In this document: positions 42,101 to 55,812 of the stretch, piece after piece
Layout of the letters: each line of letters starts with the position of its first letter
Position numbering within the stretch: position 1 is the first letter of the stretch
Source: the human T2T-CHM13v2.0 reference genome, Homo sapiens
Direction: 5' to 3' (one strand)
Length of the DNA stretch: 64,000 bases
NCBI RefSeq assembly: GCF_009914755.1
Contig: NC_060927.1
Notes under the pieces: model-generated
Seen by the model: the letters and a program-made list of their open reading frames with translations, nothing else
What the model was told of the DNA's origin: nothing
The model's database searches: none
Translations under genes and position numbers: made by a program

Positions 42101-42639
42101 ATTAATACATTAAAATTTAGACAAACACTTATTTTTAGACAATAAATCACAACGTTCTATGTTTGAAATAATAAAAAATTGCATGGGTAATGCAATCTTA
42201 TCAAATTGGATCTAAGTTGCCTCTGTTGCTAAAATAACTAAGTCGAATATATGTATCTCAGCTAAAAATCTCAATAAGGAATATTAGGATCACATTATGT
42301 TTTACAACAAGTGGATTAACAATAACACAACAGGAATGAAGGGAAAGTATCCAGTCTTTAAATGTCATATTGTGCTTATGAAACATCTAAAAATCACTCG
42401 ATGATTTTTAAACAGAGTTAATAGGAACTCAAAAAAAAAGCATGTATCAGATAAATAACACGTATTGTGCTAATGTGTATTTTTTCTCTTTGGTGTATCA
42501 CCAAATAATATTAGGAGCAGTTATCTGTATCGGTAATATTATGATTACATGAAAATTTTGAACTGCAACCAGAATAACTTTTTTCAGAATGGATAACTAG
42601 ATATGCCTCCCCCACCAAAAAAGGAGTCAAGAAAATGAG

Positions 42640-42875
42640 ATAATAACACTTATTAAACATCATTCTGTGCATTTTTTTTCTATTCCTAGGTGCTCCACAT
42701 TTCTTAACTCATTTAATCCTCACCAAACCCTAAGGAATAGACACAATCATGCTTATTCTATAAATGAAGAAACTGAGGCACAGATTGCTCAGGGACCTTG
42801 CTGAAAGTGACATAAGTGGTAGAATTTAGGATTTGAAACTAAGTCGTCCTAACCATTGGGTAAACTACCTCTCAG
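42640..42875 (-). mobile_element. MIR
   Basis: aactcatttaatcctcac...atgaagaaactgaggcacaga...aagtggtagaatttaggatttgaaac. Confidence 0.85.
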
Positions 42876-42916
42876 TGCAGATGTAGATCTGCAAACTTGC
42901 ATTGCTAATAACTTAA

Positions 42917-43296
<380 letters not shown>

Positions 43297-43925
43297 GATC
43301 TTTTTTTAGTATTGGAAATTTCTTACCATTGAAATTGGGAATATCAAGATTTTAAAATCCTTGAACATAATTTATTCTATTTCCTGCATTTATATTGAAA
43401 AAAGTAGAGTCTCTTCATAATCAAAATTGCCACTTGTTTGGTCTATTTATATCTTTAGACCATACACTGAGAGCAAAGACATGCAGTAAGATTTTGGAGC
43501 GTTGTTTCAGTTTGACTGGTTCTAGTTTAGAGGGGCCCTTTAACAATTCTCATCCTCCCACTCAGACTTCATGCCCAATACCACACAGTTATGACACACC
43601 TAAGACTTCCTCCCAATTAAAGTACTCTACTCTCAAAGGAATAAAATACCCCAAATCACATAATACACCCAGTTTCCTAGGACCTATTGCATGAGAGTGG
43701 AACTGGAGAAACTGACCAGCTGGAGAGATGTGGTATAAAGGCTTCCAACATCCCTAAGCAGTATGGATTTCTACTAGAATTTGCAAATTTTTGCAACTTT
43801 GGCTGTGCTGTGAGTTGAACAGATGTTTGAGTTGTAATAATCCCAGAGACAAACCGCTATGTGGCCTTGTGCAAATAAATGATTGACCTCTTTGTCTACA
43901 TCTCCGAGAAAGATTTTGAAACTTG

Positions 43926-44105
43926 CAGTTATTTACAAACCTGGCTTTCATCAGAATCACCTGGGGACATTATTTAAAATCATAAATTCACACTCCAGCT
44001 CTAGAGCCTAATCAATAAATATTATATGGGCCTCTGGAATCTCTACTTTTATAAGTTTCCCCAGTTTTTTCTGTTTAGCCAACATACAGACTGTTATTTA
44101 AAAAC
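43926..44105. mobile_element. MER5-family remnant
   Basis: caaacctggct..catcagaatcacctgggga...ggaatctctacttttataagtttcccc. Confidence 0.6.
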
Positions 44106-44890
44106 ATGTGTTCAGATGATCTTCCAGTTTTGTAGTAAGCCCATTTCCATGAGATGTGTGAGGATTATCTCTGGCTATGGATCCAGAGGATCTCTCTGCT
44201 AAACTACAGTTTCTCACTAGACTATGAACACCTAGAGATTATGTTCATGCATTATGGTTACCCAGAGTCCAGGAGAGAGTACGGCATTTGGTAAATATTA
44301 ATTTAATAAATCTTCAGCTTAGTTATGATCCAGTTTCCTTCCCCTACATCTATTCATATTCTCCAATCACCCACCTTTCTGATTGGAGTTCCTTTTTATT
44401 TTCTTTTTTGGTGAAGTGGTAAATTTATTTTGGCAAGTAAACAACAAAACATTAAAAAAAAAACACTCTGCCAATTGCTTCATTGCATACCCACGTTGAG
44501 AAACAACTGTGGTTTATAAAATGTATTTAGTTTTCATTTTATTAAGTATGGGAATTATGAAATTATCTAAGGGAATTTTGCAGAGTAGAAACAAAATACA
44601 TAGACATTTTTATATAACAGATTTACGCCATCAAGCTATTTAGCCCTCTGCCAATAGAGACAACGAACAACAATGATAGCATGAAACTTACTCTGTAGTT
44701 CTTGGACTTGAAATTATACATAACGTAGTGACTATATTTTGGTTTTGTGTCATGCAGTGATTTGCTCTTGTCAGGCACAAGGAATGTATTCCTAAATGAT
44801 TTCGTCATCACTCACTATTTCAAATTCCTTAAATAACCGTATACTTTAGTTTTTAACACCTCTGCACTTTGTGAAGATTTGACTAACTGA

Positions 44891-45270
<380 letters not shown>

Positions 45271-47207
45271 TTAAGGAAATTATTAGTAGAATTTATACAG
45301 ATAAAACATATTTTTCAGGGAAATTAACTAAATTGATTGGGAGCCGTGACACATGTCATGATTGTTACCTATTATCTGGAGATTTGTGACTGTGAATGGC
45401 AGCCAACTTTTTCATGGAAACCCACTGGCTGGCTAATGTGACAACAGTAGAAAGAGTCTTGTAGCCACCAGCTCTTGCTTACATTAGAGCTAGACTGACC
45501 ATAAATGTAATTAGCCTTGAAGGGCTGTGGCTGCAGATGGCCATAGGGATGTAAACCTGGCAGAAATAATGACAAGGCTGCAACTCAGCAGTAAGTCTTC
45601 ACATTTTTTAAAATTTTCTTTCATTCTTTCTTTTTCATGAAAGCTCTAAACTTGGAAAATTATAACACCTGGAGATTTGTCATAAATGTCACTGAAATAT
45701 TAATCAAGGCACCCACTGAGAATAACAACTTTGCATTTTCTTTTATTCTACAAAGATGATCTCTCTTAAATTTTAGGCACATAACCCCAAAATAGTAATT
45801 ATCAGTTGAACAATAAACTCTGCCCAATGAAAGTATTCCTGTGAATTTCTTTTTCTGATTTATCTTGATGACCAGAAGCCAAAGTATTCTTGGTAGAAAC
45901 ATTAAAAATATGACTGAAATAAATGTTTGTATCATGACCTGAAAAATTAATTACTAAACCAAATCAGTCTTATTTTAGAAAAATATAAAAAATACAGAAA
46001 ACATAATGAAACCACAAATTATCCATAACCCTAACACTCAAATTTTTTTTGTTGTTTCTCTGTAATTATATTTTTATCCATTTAAAACCTTTTATTCCAT
46101 ATTAGGCTTTGGAAGTTAAGCAGCTCTGTATATTAGAAAGAGATACATAAAGTGCTCAAGAAATATATTATTTAAATTCTTATATTTTCAAATATCTTAT
46201 TACATTCCAAAAAAGGTATAGAATTGTAGACTTATTTGTTAGGCTATGAAACTTAAAATCAATAAAGCCACAAACTGTGTAAGCTTTGGTGAGAAAGAAA
46301 CTATATGGCATCAGGATATTTTTTCTATGTTTTCTATAAATTTTAAATATGAATGAAGTGCATTTTTGACATGATTTATCTAAGGTTTTGAATTACATAT
46401 ATTTCTGCTTCTATAAAATAAATATATTTATTATTAAGACTTTATACACCCTTTCTTTTGTTGCTTTCTTTGGCATCTGTCCAGTATTTTATATTTATGT
46501 AAGCCAGAGTCATCAATGTGGCTAGGGAGGAAAAAAAAATCACATTATTTCAAAGTGAGCAGTAGAAACATGAAGATCTTAAATGTATTTAGATACTGGC
46601 AATTTTAAAAGTGTTACTTAAAAGTGGCGTTCTGTTCAAAAAATTCAGATGATATATTGGTATTTTAAATATATTTTACAAAAATAGAAAACAAATCTTA
46701 TATTTCTAACTCTTACTTGACTAAAAAATAGCCAGGAACTTCTTATTCTTCAGAAGAATAATGTTAAACCAAGATTACTTTTAGTGCACATTAAACATTA
46801 CAAAGGTTAATAAATGTCACATTACAATGGATCTGTCAATATTTAAGCCTCTTCTAAGGCAAAGTTCATGTGCTCTAGGGCAAGGAAAAAAGCTTCATAA
46901 ATATTTTAATTATTTCAGAACCGGAAAAAGGGGTGTATTTAAAGACTTGTAAACCATAGGAATTATTTTATTTTTAAATCTAGCATCCAGAATCTATACA
47001 CATTCCTAAGAACATCCAGCATTTGAGAAACTCCTTCTACTATCAGCAAACAAAACTTTTTGTTTAAATTTACAACATCTTATATAAAACATTCTTTAAA
47101 TTATGGAATGAAATAAATAATTTGCTTTCTAGAAACTTGTGGCACTTCTCACATACATTGATGGGTCTTGTACTGCCAGTTGCATTTCTTAAGGAAGTTA
47201 GTAGTTA

Positions 47208-47261
47208 GTAGTAGTAGTAGTAGTCGTCGTCGTCGTCGTTGTCGTCGTCGTAGTAGTAGTA
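47208..47261. repeat. Compound trinucleotide repeat (GTA)5(GTC)5GTT(GTC)3(GTA)4
   Basis: Counted directly. Confidence 0.95.
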
Positions 47262-47262
47262 T

Positions 47263-47378
47263 GAAATGAGGGTCTTACTATGTTGCCCAGGATGGTCTCA
47301 AACTCCAGGGCTCAAAGGGTTCTCCTGCTTCAGCCTCCCAAGTAGCTGGGATTGCAGGCACTCTCTAACCTGCCCAGC
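47263..47378 (-). mobile_element. FLAM / Alu monomer
   Basis: gggtcttactatgttgcccagg..ggtctcaaactcc.gggctcaa...cagcctcccaagtagctggga. Confidence 0.85.
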
Positions 47379-48394
47379 AAACAATGGTGGCGTCAACACA
47401 AACTTTGCCCTGAAAGTTTTCTCATGAAATTTGCTCATTTGACAGAAGAGCAGCTGATGCTTGCTGCTTAGAAAAGAGGTTCTCTTTCCATTCCTTATTT
47501 CCTGTAGCCAGAGGCATATTGTGTATCTGAAGTTTACCACCCAGAAAGACAAGGCCTCGGCCTCCTCCTAATTTGATTATTGACCCCTGTGGCCTTGAAA
47601 TAGAAAATGGCACTAGCCAAGATAAATAGAATGGAGAGAGAACCAAACAGAAGCATAACAGAAGTAGGCTAAAGAATGTAAATTTCCTCCAGTTCCCCAA
47701 GTTAAGAGGGAGCAGGTTAGTGGGCCAGCCACAGTTGATTGACTAAGGAGATAAGTCACCCTGGGAATTTGAGAAAAGGAATTTAAGTGCCATTAGGTTA
47801 AACAAAGGCTTTAGCTTAAACACTTTATGTAAAAGTTGGTTGTTTGTTTTCAGACCAATAAAAAAAAAAAAAGTAGCTTTGACTTCCAACAACCATTAAC
47901 TTTGTTTTTGTCAGCCCATACTTCATCTCACCCATTAAGAATCTTCCAAAGTCAAACAGGGGACAAGTTTTTCATCTTCAAGCTGCCTCAGGTTTCTCGA
48001 TTCTTTTTTCCCTTTCAATTCATTATTCATTATTGCCCAAAAATTTCCCTGAGAAAATCTAAGGGTGCTCTTGCTTTCTTTTTAAACTACATAAGAAATT
48101 CCAGGGATGAGCTGACATGGTTTTGTTTTAAATTACACATTTTCAAAATGAAAGGATACTTAAATTCTGATTGTCAAGCTAGCAGAGGGGCCATGGTGCC
48201 TGCACTTCCACCGCAGCTTATCACAGAAGTTCATATCAAAGACTCAGGGGTGAGGAGAAAATGATGGTTATTTGAAAGAGCATTTTAAATGTACCTGCAG
48301 TTCCTTAAATTAAGCAACTAACATTAAATTAAAATATAGACAGAAGATAAAATGGAAAACTTTAAAGGGGCATGGAATGAGTAAACAAAATTTG

Positions 48395-48530
48395 AGAGAT
48401 GATCATTTAATTTCTTCACAGTTGATGCAAAAAGAGGGTGCCAGACCCGGACAGGCCAAGTGACTTCCTAAGGTGACACAGTTAATCAGTGACAGAGCCT
48501 AGACAAGAACACAGATCCCCTGACCCAGTG
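48395..48530 (-). mobile_element. MIR fragment
   Basis: aagtgacttcctaaggtgacacagttaatcagtgacagagcc. Confidence 0.7.
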
Positions 48531-48623
48531 GGAACACATGGTTGAGATATGATATATGTAACGGAATTCATTCTGTCTGTGATTTTATGGTTCAATGTTT
48601 TAACATGAGAACATTTTCCTTGC

Positions 48624-49013
48624 CATTATGGTTTGCATGTGTCCCCTCCAAAATTGATGTGTTGAATGAAACTAATGGCCAAAAGAGGTGGGGCCTGAAG
48701 AAGTGATTAGGCCATGATGGCTCCTCCCTCATAAATGGGATTAAGGCCCTTATAAAAGAGGCTTCATGCAGTGTTCAACCCTCTTCACCCCTTCCATCCC
48801 TTCTGCCATGTGAGGATATAGCATTCCCCACTTCAGGAGGATGCGGCAACGGGGCACCAGTCTTGGAGACAGCAACACTCACCAGAAAACCAAACGTGCC
48901 AGTGCCTTGATCTTGAGCTTCCCAGCCCCCAGAACTGTGAGAAATACGTTTCTGTTCTTTGTAAATTACCAGTCTCAGGTGTTTTGCTATAGCAGCACAA
49001 AGGGACTAAGACA
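48624..49013 (+). mobile_element. MaLR solo LTR (MSTD-like)
   Basis: tatggtttgcatgtgtcccctccaaaat...ccagaactgtgagaaata...atagcagcacaaagggactaagaca; 5-bp flanks cttgc/attgc. Confidence 0.88.
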
Positions 49014-49027
49014 ATTGCTGTGCATAG

Positions 49028-49791
49028 TGTATTAGATTCCTATGGCTGCTATAACAAATTATCACAAACTTAGTGGTTTAAGACAATATACATTAATCAT
49101 ATGAGAGTTCTGGAGGTCAGAAGTGCCAAATGGGCTTTATGGTGCTAAAATCAAGGTGTCAACAAAGTGGCATTCGTCTTGGAGATCCTGACTGGATCTA
49201 TTCCTTGCCTTTTCCAGCCTCCAGAGGTCACCTGCTTCCTTTGGCTGATAGCCACTTTACTCTGAACTCTATCATACTTCCTTTTTGGATTCAGACCCTT
49301 TTGCCTCCATCTTTATTTTTTGATACAGAGTCTCACTCTGTTGCCTGGGCTAGAGTGCAGTGGTGCCATCTCAGCTCACTGCAACCTCCGCTTCCCAGGT
49401 TCAAGCAATTCTCCGCCTCCACCTCTCAAGTATCTGGGATTATAGGTGCCTGCTACCACATCCTGTTAATTTTTGTATTTTTAGTAGAGATGGGGTTTCA
49501 CCATGTTGACCAGGCTGGTCTTGAACTCCTGACCTCAGGTGATCTGCCTGCTTTGGCCTCCTAAAGTGCCAGAATTACAGGCGTGAGCTACCACACCTAG
49601 CCCTGCCTCCTTCTTATAAAGACCCTATGATTACATTGGGCCCACCAAGAAATTCCAGCATAATGCCCCATCTCAAGATTTTTAATTTAATCATATCTGC
49701 ACAGTCCCTTTGTCATGTCAAGGTAACATAGTCACAACCGTGGGGGATTAGGCTATGGACATCTTTTGGGTACCTTTATTTTGTACACTAT
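49028..49791 (-). mobile_element. MLT1C-like LTR with Alu insertion
   Basis: tgtattag.ttcctatggctgctataacaaatta...cttataaagaccctatgattacattgggccca...ggacatctttt. Confidence 0.85.
49314..49602 (-). mobile_element. AluSx-like
   Basis: Full dimer; degenerate TSD tgcctccatctt / tgcctccttctt. Confidence 0.92.
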
Positions 49792-50041
49792 ACCTACTAT
49801 TGAACCAAACACCAAGTTGGAGATAAGAAGCATGAATTTGAGAAGAATCACTTTCTCCATGGTTTTGCTGTTCAAGTATTAACTCATCAAACGAAAACAT
49901 TTTGACCATATTATTGCATGTACTAAGAGTAATGGAAGTTTTATAAAAATATGGTCAGTTACCAAGTGAATCTGTTCCAATTATTAGACACATAAGAGGT
50001 CTTCTTTGCAGTTGCTTTGACTTATATAAAGAGTATCTTAA

Positions 50042-50392
<351 letters not shown>

Positions 50393-51315
50393 TTACATAC
50401 TATTGCAATAATTAATGCACAAGTGTTTAACAAAATAAGACCCTATCCAGAATAATTGCATGCAAGAAGAAAAATTCACAAAAATTTGCTATTTCACTGC
50501 AATTAGAAAGTGTTAGCACTTTCATTAAGAACTATTGCTCTGCCATAATCAAAGTACAGAGATTTGCTTTCTGATATTCTAGAATGATGATGAATTCCTA
50601 GAGGATACTATCATTTTTAAGACACTAAAATTTAGAAAAAATACATCTACATATGCATATATATATTTTACAAGTCCTAGGTAAAAGGATATTTTACATT
50701 TTCCATAAGAGTAAAGAAAAAAAATATTTTCCAAGATTAAAATTACACAAATGTTTTGTACATGAACATGTAATATAAAATAGTATCATTTTATTAGTGT
50801 TTGAAAGTTAAGGCTTCTAATAGCAGTAACACTAAAGAAATAAGATTATAACATTTCTCTGCACAGACCAGTTTTTAATATTAGCTTAAGGTTTTTCTTA
50901 GAAGTGCTCTGGTTCTAGTCAAAAGATGGTAGTCTTAATCGTACGCAAACAGTACACACCTAAGTGTGTTTTCTTTCAGAATACGACGCTGTTAGGCCAA
51001 AATCCAAGCCTAATTAATTTAGTATTCTGTGCTCTAAGGTTGTGGAATCTTTGGAATACTAAGCTGCCAAAGGAGGATAAAAACAAATGTTTTAGAACGA
51101 TGAGTTTGGGGGAGGGAGGTTTATGAGAAACATGATCAATACAAACCCAGTAGTTGATACACAGCTCTTCAGGGGCTTTTTACTTCTAGTATGAAGTAAA
51201 TGATGACATGTTTGCTTTGGTTTTGACCACTCTGTTCCACTTTGTATATTCGAAAGTTCTATGGCACACAGTAGATAGTCTATACATATAACCTGCTGTC
51301 TTATAAATAACCTGC

Positions 51316-51772
51316 TGTCTTAGTTGGCTCCAGCTGCCATAGCAAATTACCATAGACTGGGTGGCTTAAACAACAATTTATTTGCTCACAATACTGGAGG
51401 CGCATAGCTCAAGATCAGGGTGCCAGAATGGCTGAGTTGTGATTAGGGCTCTCTGGCTTGCACAGTTACCTTCCTGCTGTTTGCTCACATGGCCTTTCCT
51501 AAGTGCAGAGAGAGAGAGGAAGAAGTAAAAGGGCAGGAGGAAAGGAAAGGGCAAGGTGGAGGAGAAGGGAGAGAAGGAAGGAGACATGGAGATTTCATCT
51601 TTCTCTCTTCCTCTTCTTATAGGGCCACCAGACCTATCAGATTAGGGCCTCACCCATATGACCATTCAACCTTTAATTACCTTCTAAAAGCCCTATCTCC
51701 AAATGCAGTGGCATTAGGGATTAGAACTTCAACATATGAATTTGGTGTCGGAGTATGATTCAGTCCATAGCA
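51316..51772 (-). mobile_element. MLT1A/B-like MaLR LTR with internal GA-rich stretch
   Basis: tgtcttag...ccatagactgggtggcttaaacaac...ttcaacatatgaattt...ttcagtccatagca. Confidence 0.88.
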
Positions 51773-52911
51773 TTCCACCCTATGATGCATTGAGCACATT
51801 TAAGTTAAAAAAAGTTTCCTTAATGCATGACGTCTTCAAAAAAAACCTTATAAAAATGGATAGAGAAGTGAATGGAAGAAATGTTTTACCTCTGGCTGAT
51901 AATTGTTAATGTATTTTTAATACTTTGTGTATCTTTTTGGAAAGTCTCATAAGCAGCTAATGTTAAATGAAATGAAATAAAGACAAACAAAAAAATGACA
52001 CAAGGTGCTTTATCTGTTATTCCCTCCTTATCGATACCTTTTTCACTAAAATTTATTCTTTTGGTTCTAATGGTATGTAATTGGCTTAAAATAAAAAGAA
52101 TTCAGAACTCCTTTGAACATTTCCCACATAAATAAGTATAAAATAAATGAAATATGATCTGATCATTGTTTTATATTCAAAAACATCCAGAACATTGCCA
52201 CAATGTCATACTGAATAAGAAAATCTGACCTAAGACCAATATGAAAATTGTGTACCAAGATTACCAAGTAAATTTTTGCCAACTAGCCGTATTTTCTTTT
52301 CTCGTTTATTCAATAGGGAGAACATAGTTTTTATAGTTGGAGGAAGAAGTAGCCTAGTTCTTCATTTAGCACACCAATGGTGTTTATTCAGACACCCAGA
52401 GACACCTTAAAAATTAGATTAGAGCTGTAAGTGAAACAAGGCTAGTGGCTTACAAGATAGCCATCAAAAATCCTAAACTGCATTTTAATAATGCAAAAAC
52501 AAACAGGGTTAATGTTCATTTTAATCTCTTGATGATCTGTTTCATGCTCCACTTTCCTTCTCAGGTATTTACAGAGAGAAATAGTACGGCTAAAGTTTCT
52601 AATATTAAAAAGAAAAAGAATTAACATATTCAACTTGACTCAGAAATATGTAGAGGGAATGATTTAATAATATTCTTAAATTTGAAGTTAATTCATTTTA
52701 AATGTAAATGTCAATCGGAGAAACCCAGATGATTTATTCAGCAAAAAGATTCATCAGGTGATTTTCCTAATTCTACTTTTATGTAAACGTTCATTGCTCT
52801 ACTGAGTTTTCATGTCGTATTTAATTGACCCTTTTATATTGAAAACATAGTCGAAGGAAATGTGAAGGGGAGAAGAGAAAAATCATGTATTCACTTTCAG
52901 ATCAGTATGTT

Positions 52912-53070
52912 CAGCAGTTCTCAACTTTAATGTGCGTTTGGGTCACCTGAGAATCTGGTTAATGTAGATTTTCCAACTTAGTAGGTCTGGGGTGTGTGTC
53001 TAAGAATCTGCATTTCTAACAAGCTCCCGGGAGAGGTCCATGAAATATCATTTTGCTTATCAAGGTGCTA
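52912..53070. mobile_element. MER5A-family
   Basis: gcagttctcaact...gtcacctgagaatctggttaa...agtaggtctggggtg...atctgcatttctaacaagctccc. Confidence 0.8.
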
Positions 53071-55537
53071 GAGAATAGGTGGTAGTGGGAAAAATCTAAG
53101 CAATCCCAAGAAGTGAACTCTCTTCCTCTGAAAAAATAATATGAAGAAGAAAATTCAAATTTAAACATCAATCGACCAACATAACTATAAAGTAAAACTG
53201 CCAACAAGCAGAATACATGTGAAGAGGCCTCTGTCGTTATTTCAAGTCCAGAAGATCAAAGCAAACAAACACAATCAAGAAGCTAGGGATACAGTAATAG
53301 AACAAATCTGCTATAGGTTGTATCCAGAGTCATTAAACTGATGATCATATGATAATAATAATGAAACTAATATATATTGTACCAGTACTGTCTACAATGT
53401 TTATTCGTAGTTAACTTTGATTATAGTTATCTGAAATGAAAACCATTGTGTTCTAAACTGTTCGTTATCTGTCCTGATTAACAAAAGATGACACTATTAA
53501 GAAGGTAAAAGCAAAAATATATTGGGAGTGTAATATGATGTCTTTCACATTTGACTGAGTAAATTTTGCTGTAGGATATAAATGCATTGGGTTTCTGATG
53601 CAAATTACTCATTATAAGACAAAGAAAAATAATAGAAGTAGTTCTCAGAGTAATGATTTAGGGCTTGGGTTTTACATGTTTTCCAAGGGCCTTTATGGTC
53701 ATACATAATTCATGAATCCTTATTTCTGTAATGTTTGAAATTTCTCCCCTCGAAGTGTTTTTTAATGATTAGGTCACATGGTCAGAACAGTCCTTTAATG
53801 TCCTTTAATGTCTCCCTTTTTCCCGGTTTATCATTTTTCCATTTTGCCTAGGAATACATTAGCCTTTGCTACATACCCTCAAAACATCTACTTTCATAAT
53901 CAGCTTGGAACAGAAAATGAACAGTGGGACCTAATTGAATATTATGTGTTTAAGATGGCTAAACCGGATAAAATTTTGAAATAAGAAATGCATATACATA
54001 CATATAAAATAAAGATTAAAAGATGATCAGCACAAATAAAGAAATGTATGCTAGCTGAACATATTTCAGTGTGTAGGCAAAAGTATTTATTGAGTATAAA
54101 AAAGCATGCTGTCCTGAAATGGTGTAAGTGTTTCTATATGAAGACCAAAGTGGTTTCAAACTTTAAATATAAAACATTTCATTTATAACTAGTTCATTAG
54201 ACATGTTAGTATGGTTTTTAACTTAAAAATTTGAATTTTTTGGAGGCCTTTTTAAAAATTCTAGGAATTTAGACATGATTTTAATGTTGGTGGTCTTTGT
54301 TTTGCCTAGCAAAATACAACTTATGTTCTCATATATGATCCTTAACAGCCCCAAATTGTTTGATACTCATTTGTTAAATGGAGTAAAAGGTTCATTCTTG
54401 ATAACGCTAGATGAAAACATGTATGAGTACAGTGAATTTAAAAGAATATGCCACAGATCAAACTAATAGGCATTTTAAGCATTCTTAGAAGTTTGGACTT
54501 TGTGATACTTTATTAACACGGACTATTTTAAGATAGGAATTTGGAAAGAATCTTATTTTGTTTATTATTCAGCCTTTTCTCTCCTGGGAGAGTTTTCCTA
54601 TATTAATTGCTTCTGTGCTCAGATGCCTCTAATTATTAACCTGCAGGTGTCTCTAATCACTGTTTCTTCCAGCAGAGTTTTGTTCGAGGGCCATTAGCTG
54701 TGATGCTTAATTACAATACACTGTACCTAGTTTTGTGTACTGTTTGATCTTTCACATAGCTTCCCAGACCCAGAAAATAGTCACTGGCAATCATTTTCTA
54801 CAATTAACCACAGTGCCCTGTATCTCTTTCTCTATTATTAAATTGGGTCAGAGTGTGGAGAATTATACAAGAGCTAATCCTTAAAACTGAAGACACTAAT
54901 CTCTGACACATCTAATGATACTTGTTCTCTAGGATATTAAAATCAAAGAAGGTAAATGTATTTCTATGTCTTAGAGTCTGAACAGTGAAGTAAATATAAA
55001 GACGTTTAGAGTGACTGAATGTGGAAATATGCAGGGTCCTTAGAAATACACTATTTCTTGCGTTTTAAACTTAGAAAAGTATGGCTGCAATAGACTTAAC
55101 CTAAATGAGACTTTTCTTTTTCTGGACTTCATCTGCTACATTGCATTGTCAGACTACTCACTTCCTAATGCCATTTTCAAACATGTAAAAAATACAAACT
55201 CTTGGAATAATTAGAATAATATCAACATAAGGACATATATCTGCTGCAAAATTATTCTTGGAATACAAAATATGTATTTTCTATTTTACATTGGAATAAA
55301 TTACATGTTGAATGAAAATCTACATGCAAATAAAGAAGTTCATAGGTCAATAGTTTTCTCTTACTCAAAATGCTTATTTAGATCTCTGAATATGTCTTTT
55401 GACCCAGACGTGGCATCTAAATGGGGCCCTGTGATTATGGCCTTGGCTATGGCAGAATGTGTGGAGGCCAGGCCTGATGCTGTGATCAAACCTAATTCCA
55501 TCTGGTGGCTTCCATGCCTTCCCTTGTAATTACTGTT

Positions 55538-55736
55538 TGGCTGGACTCAGCAGGATCACCAGGGTGTCTGTTGGGTGGTAGGTTGGTTGTGTGTGTGTAT
55601 GTGTGTCTGTTGGGTGGTAGGTTGGTTTTGTGTGTGTGTGTGTGTGTCTGTTGGGTGGTAGTTTGGTTGTGTGTGTGTGTATGTGGGTGGCTGGGCTCAG
55701 CAGGATCACCACTGTGTCTGTTGGGTCGTAGGTTGG

Positions 55737-55769
<33 letters not shown>

Positions 55770-55812
55770 TTTTGGGTGGTAGGTTGGTTGGGGGGGTGTG
55801 TGTGCGTGGGTG
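55538..55812. repeat. Higher-order G/GT-rich tandem repeat
   Basis: 24-bp header x2 (55538, 55688) and 23-bp core gtctgttgggtggtaggttggtt x5, each followed by a GT-rich run. Confidence 0.93.

Noticed and set aside
55538-55812. Repeat-spacer pattern superficially like a CRISPR array (also 31727-31804)
   Set aside because: Spacers are (GT)n runs or absent, repeats are not palindromic, no cas genes, and the DNA is primate nuclear.
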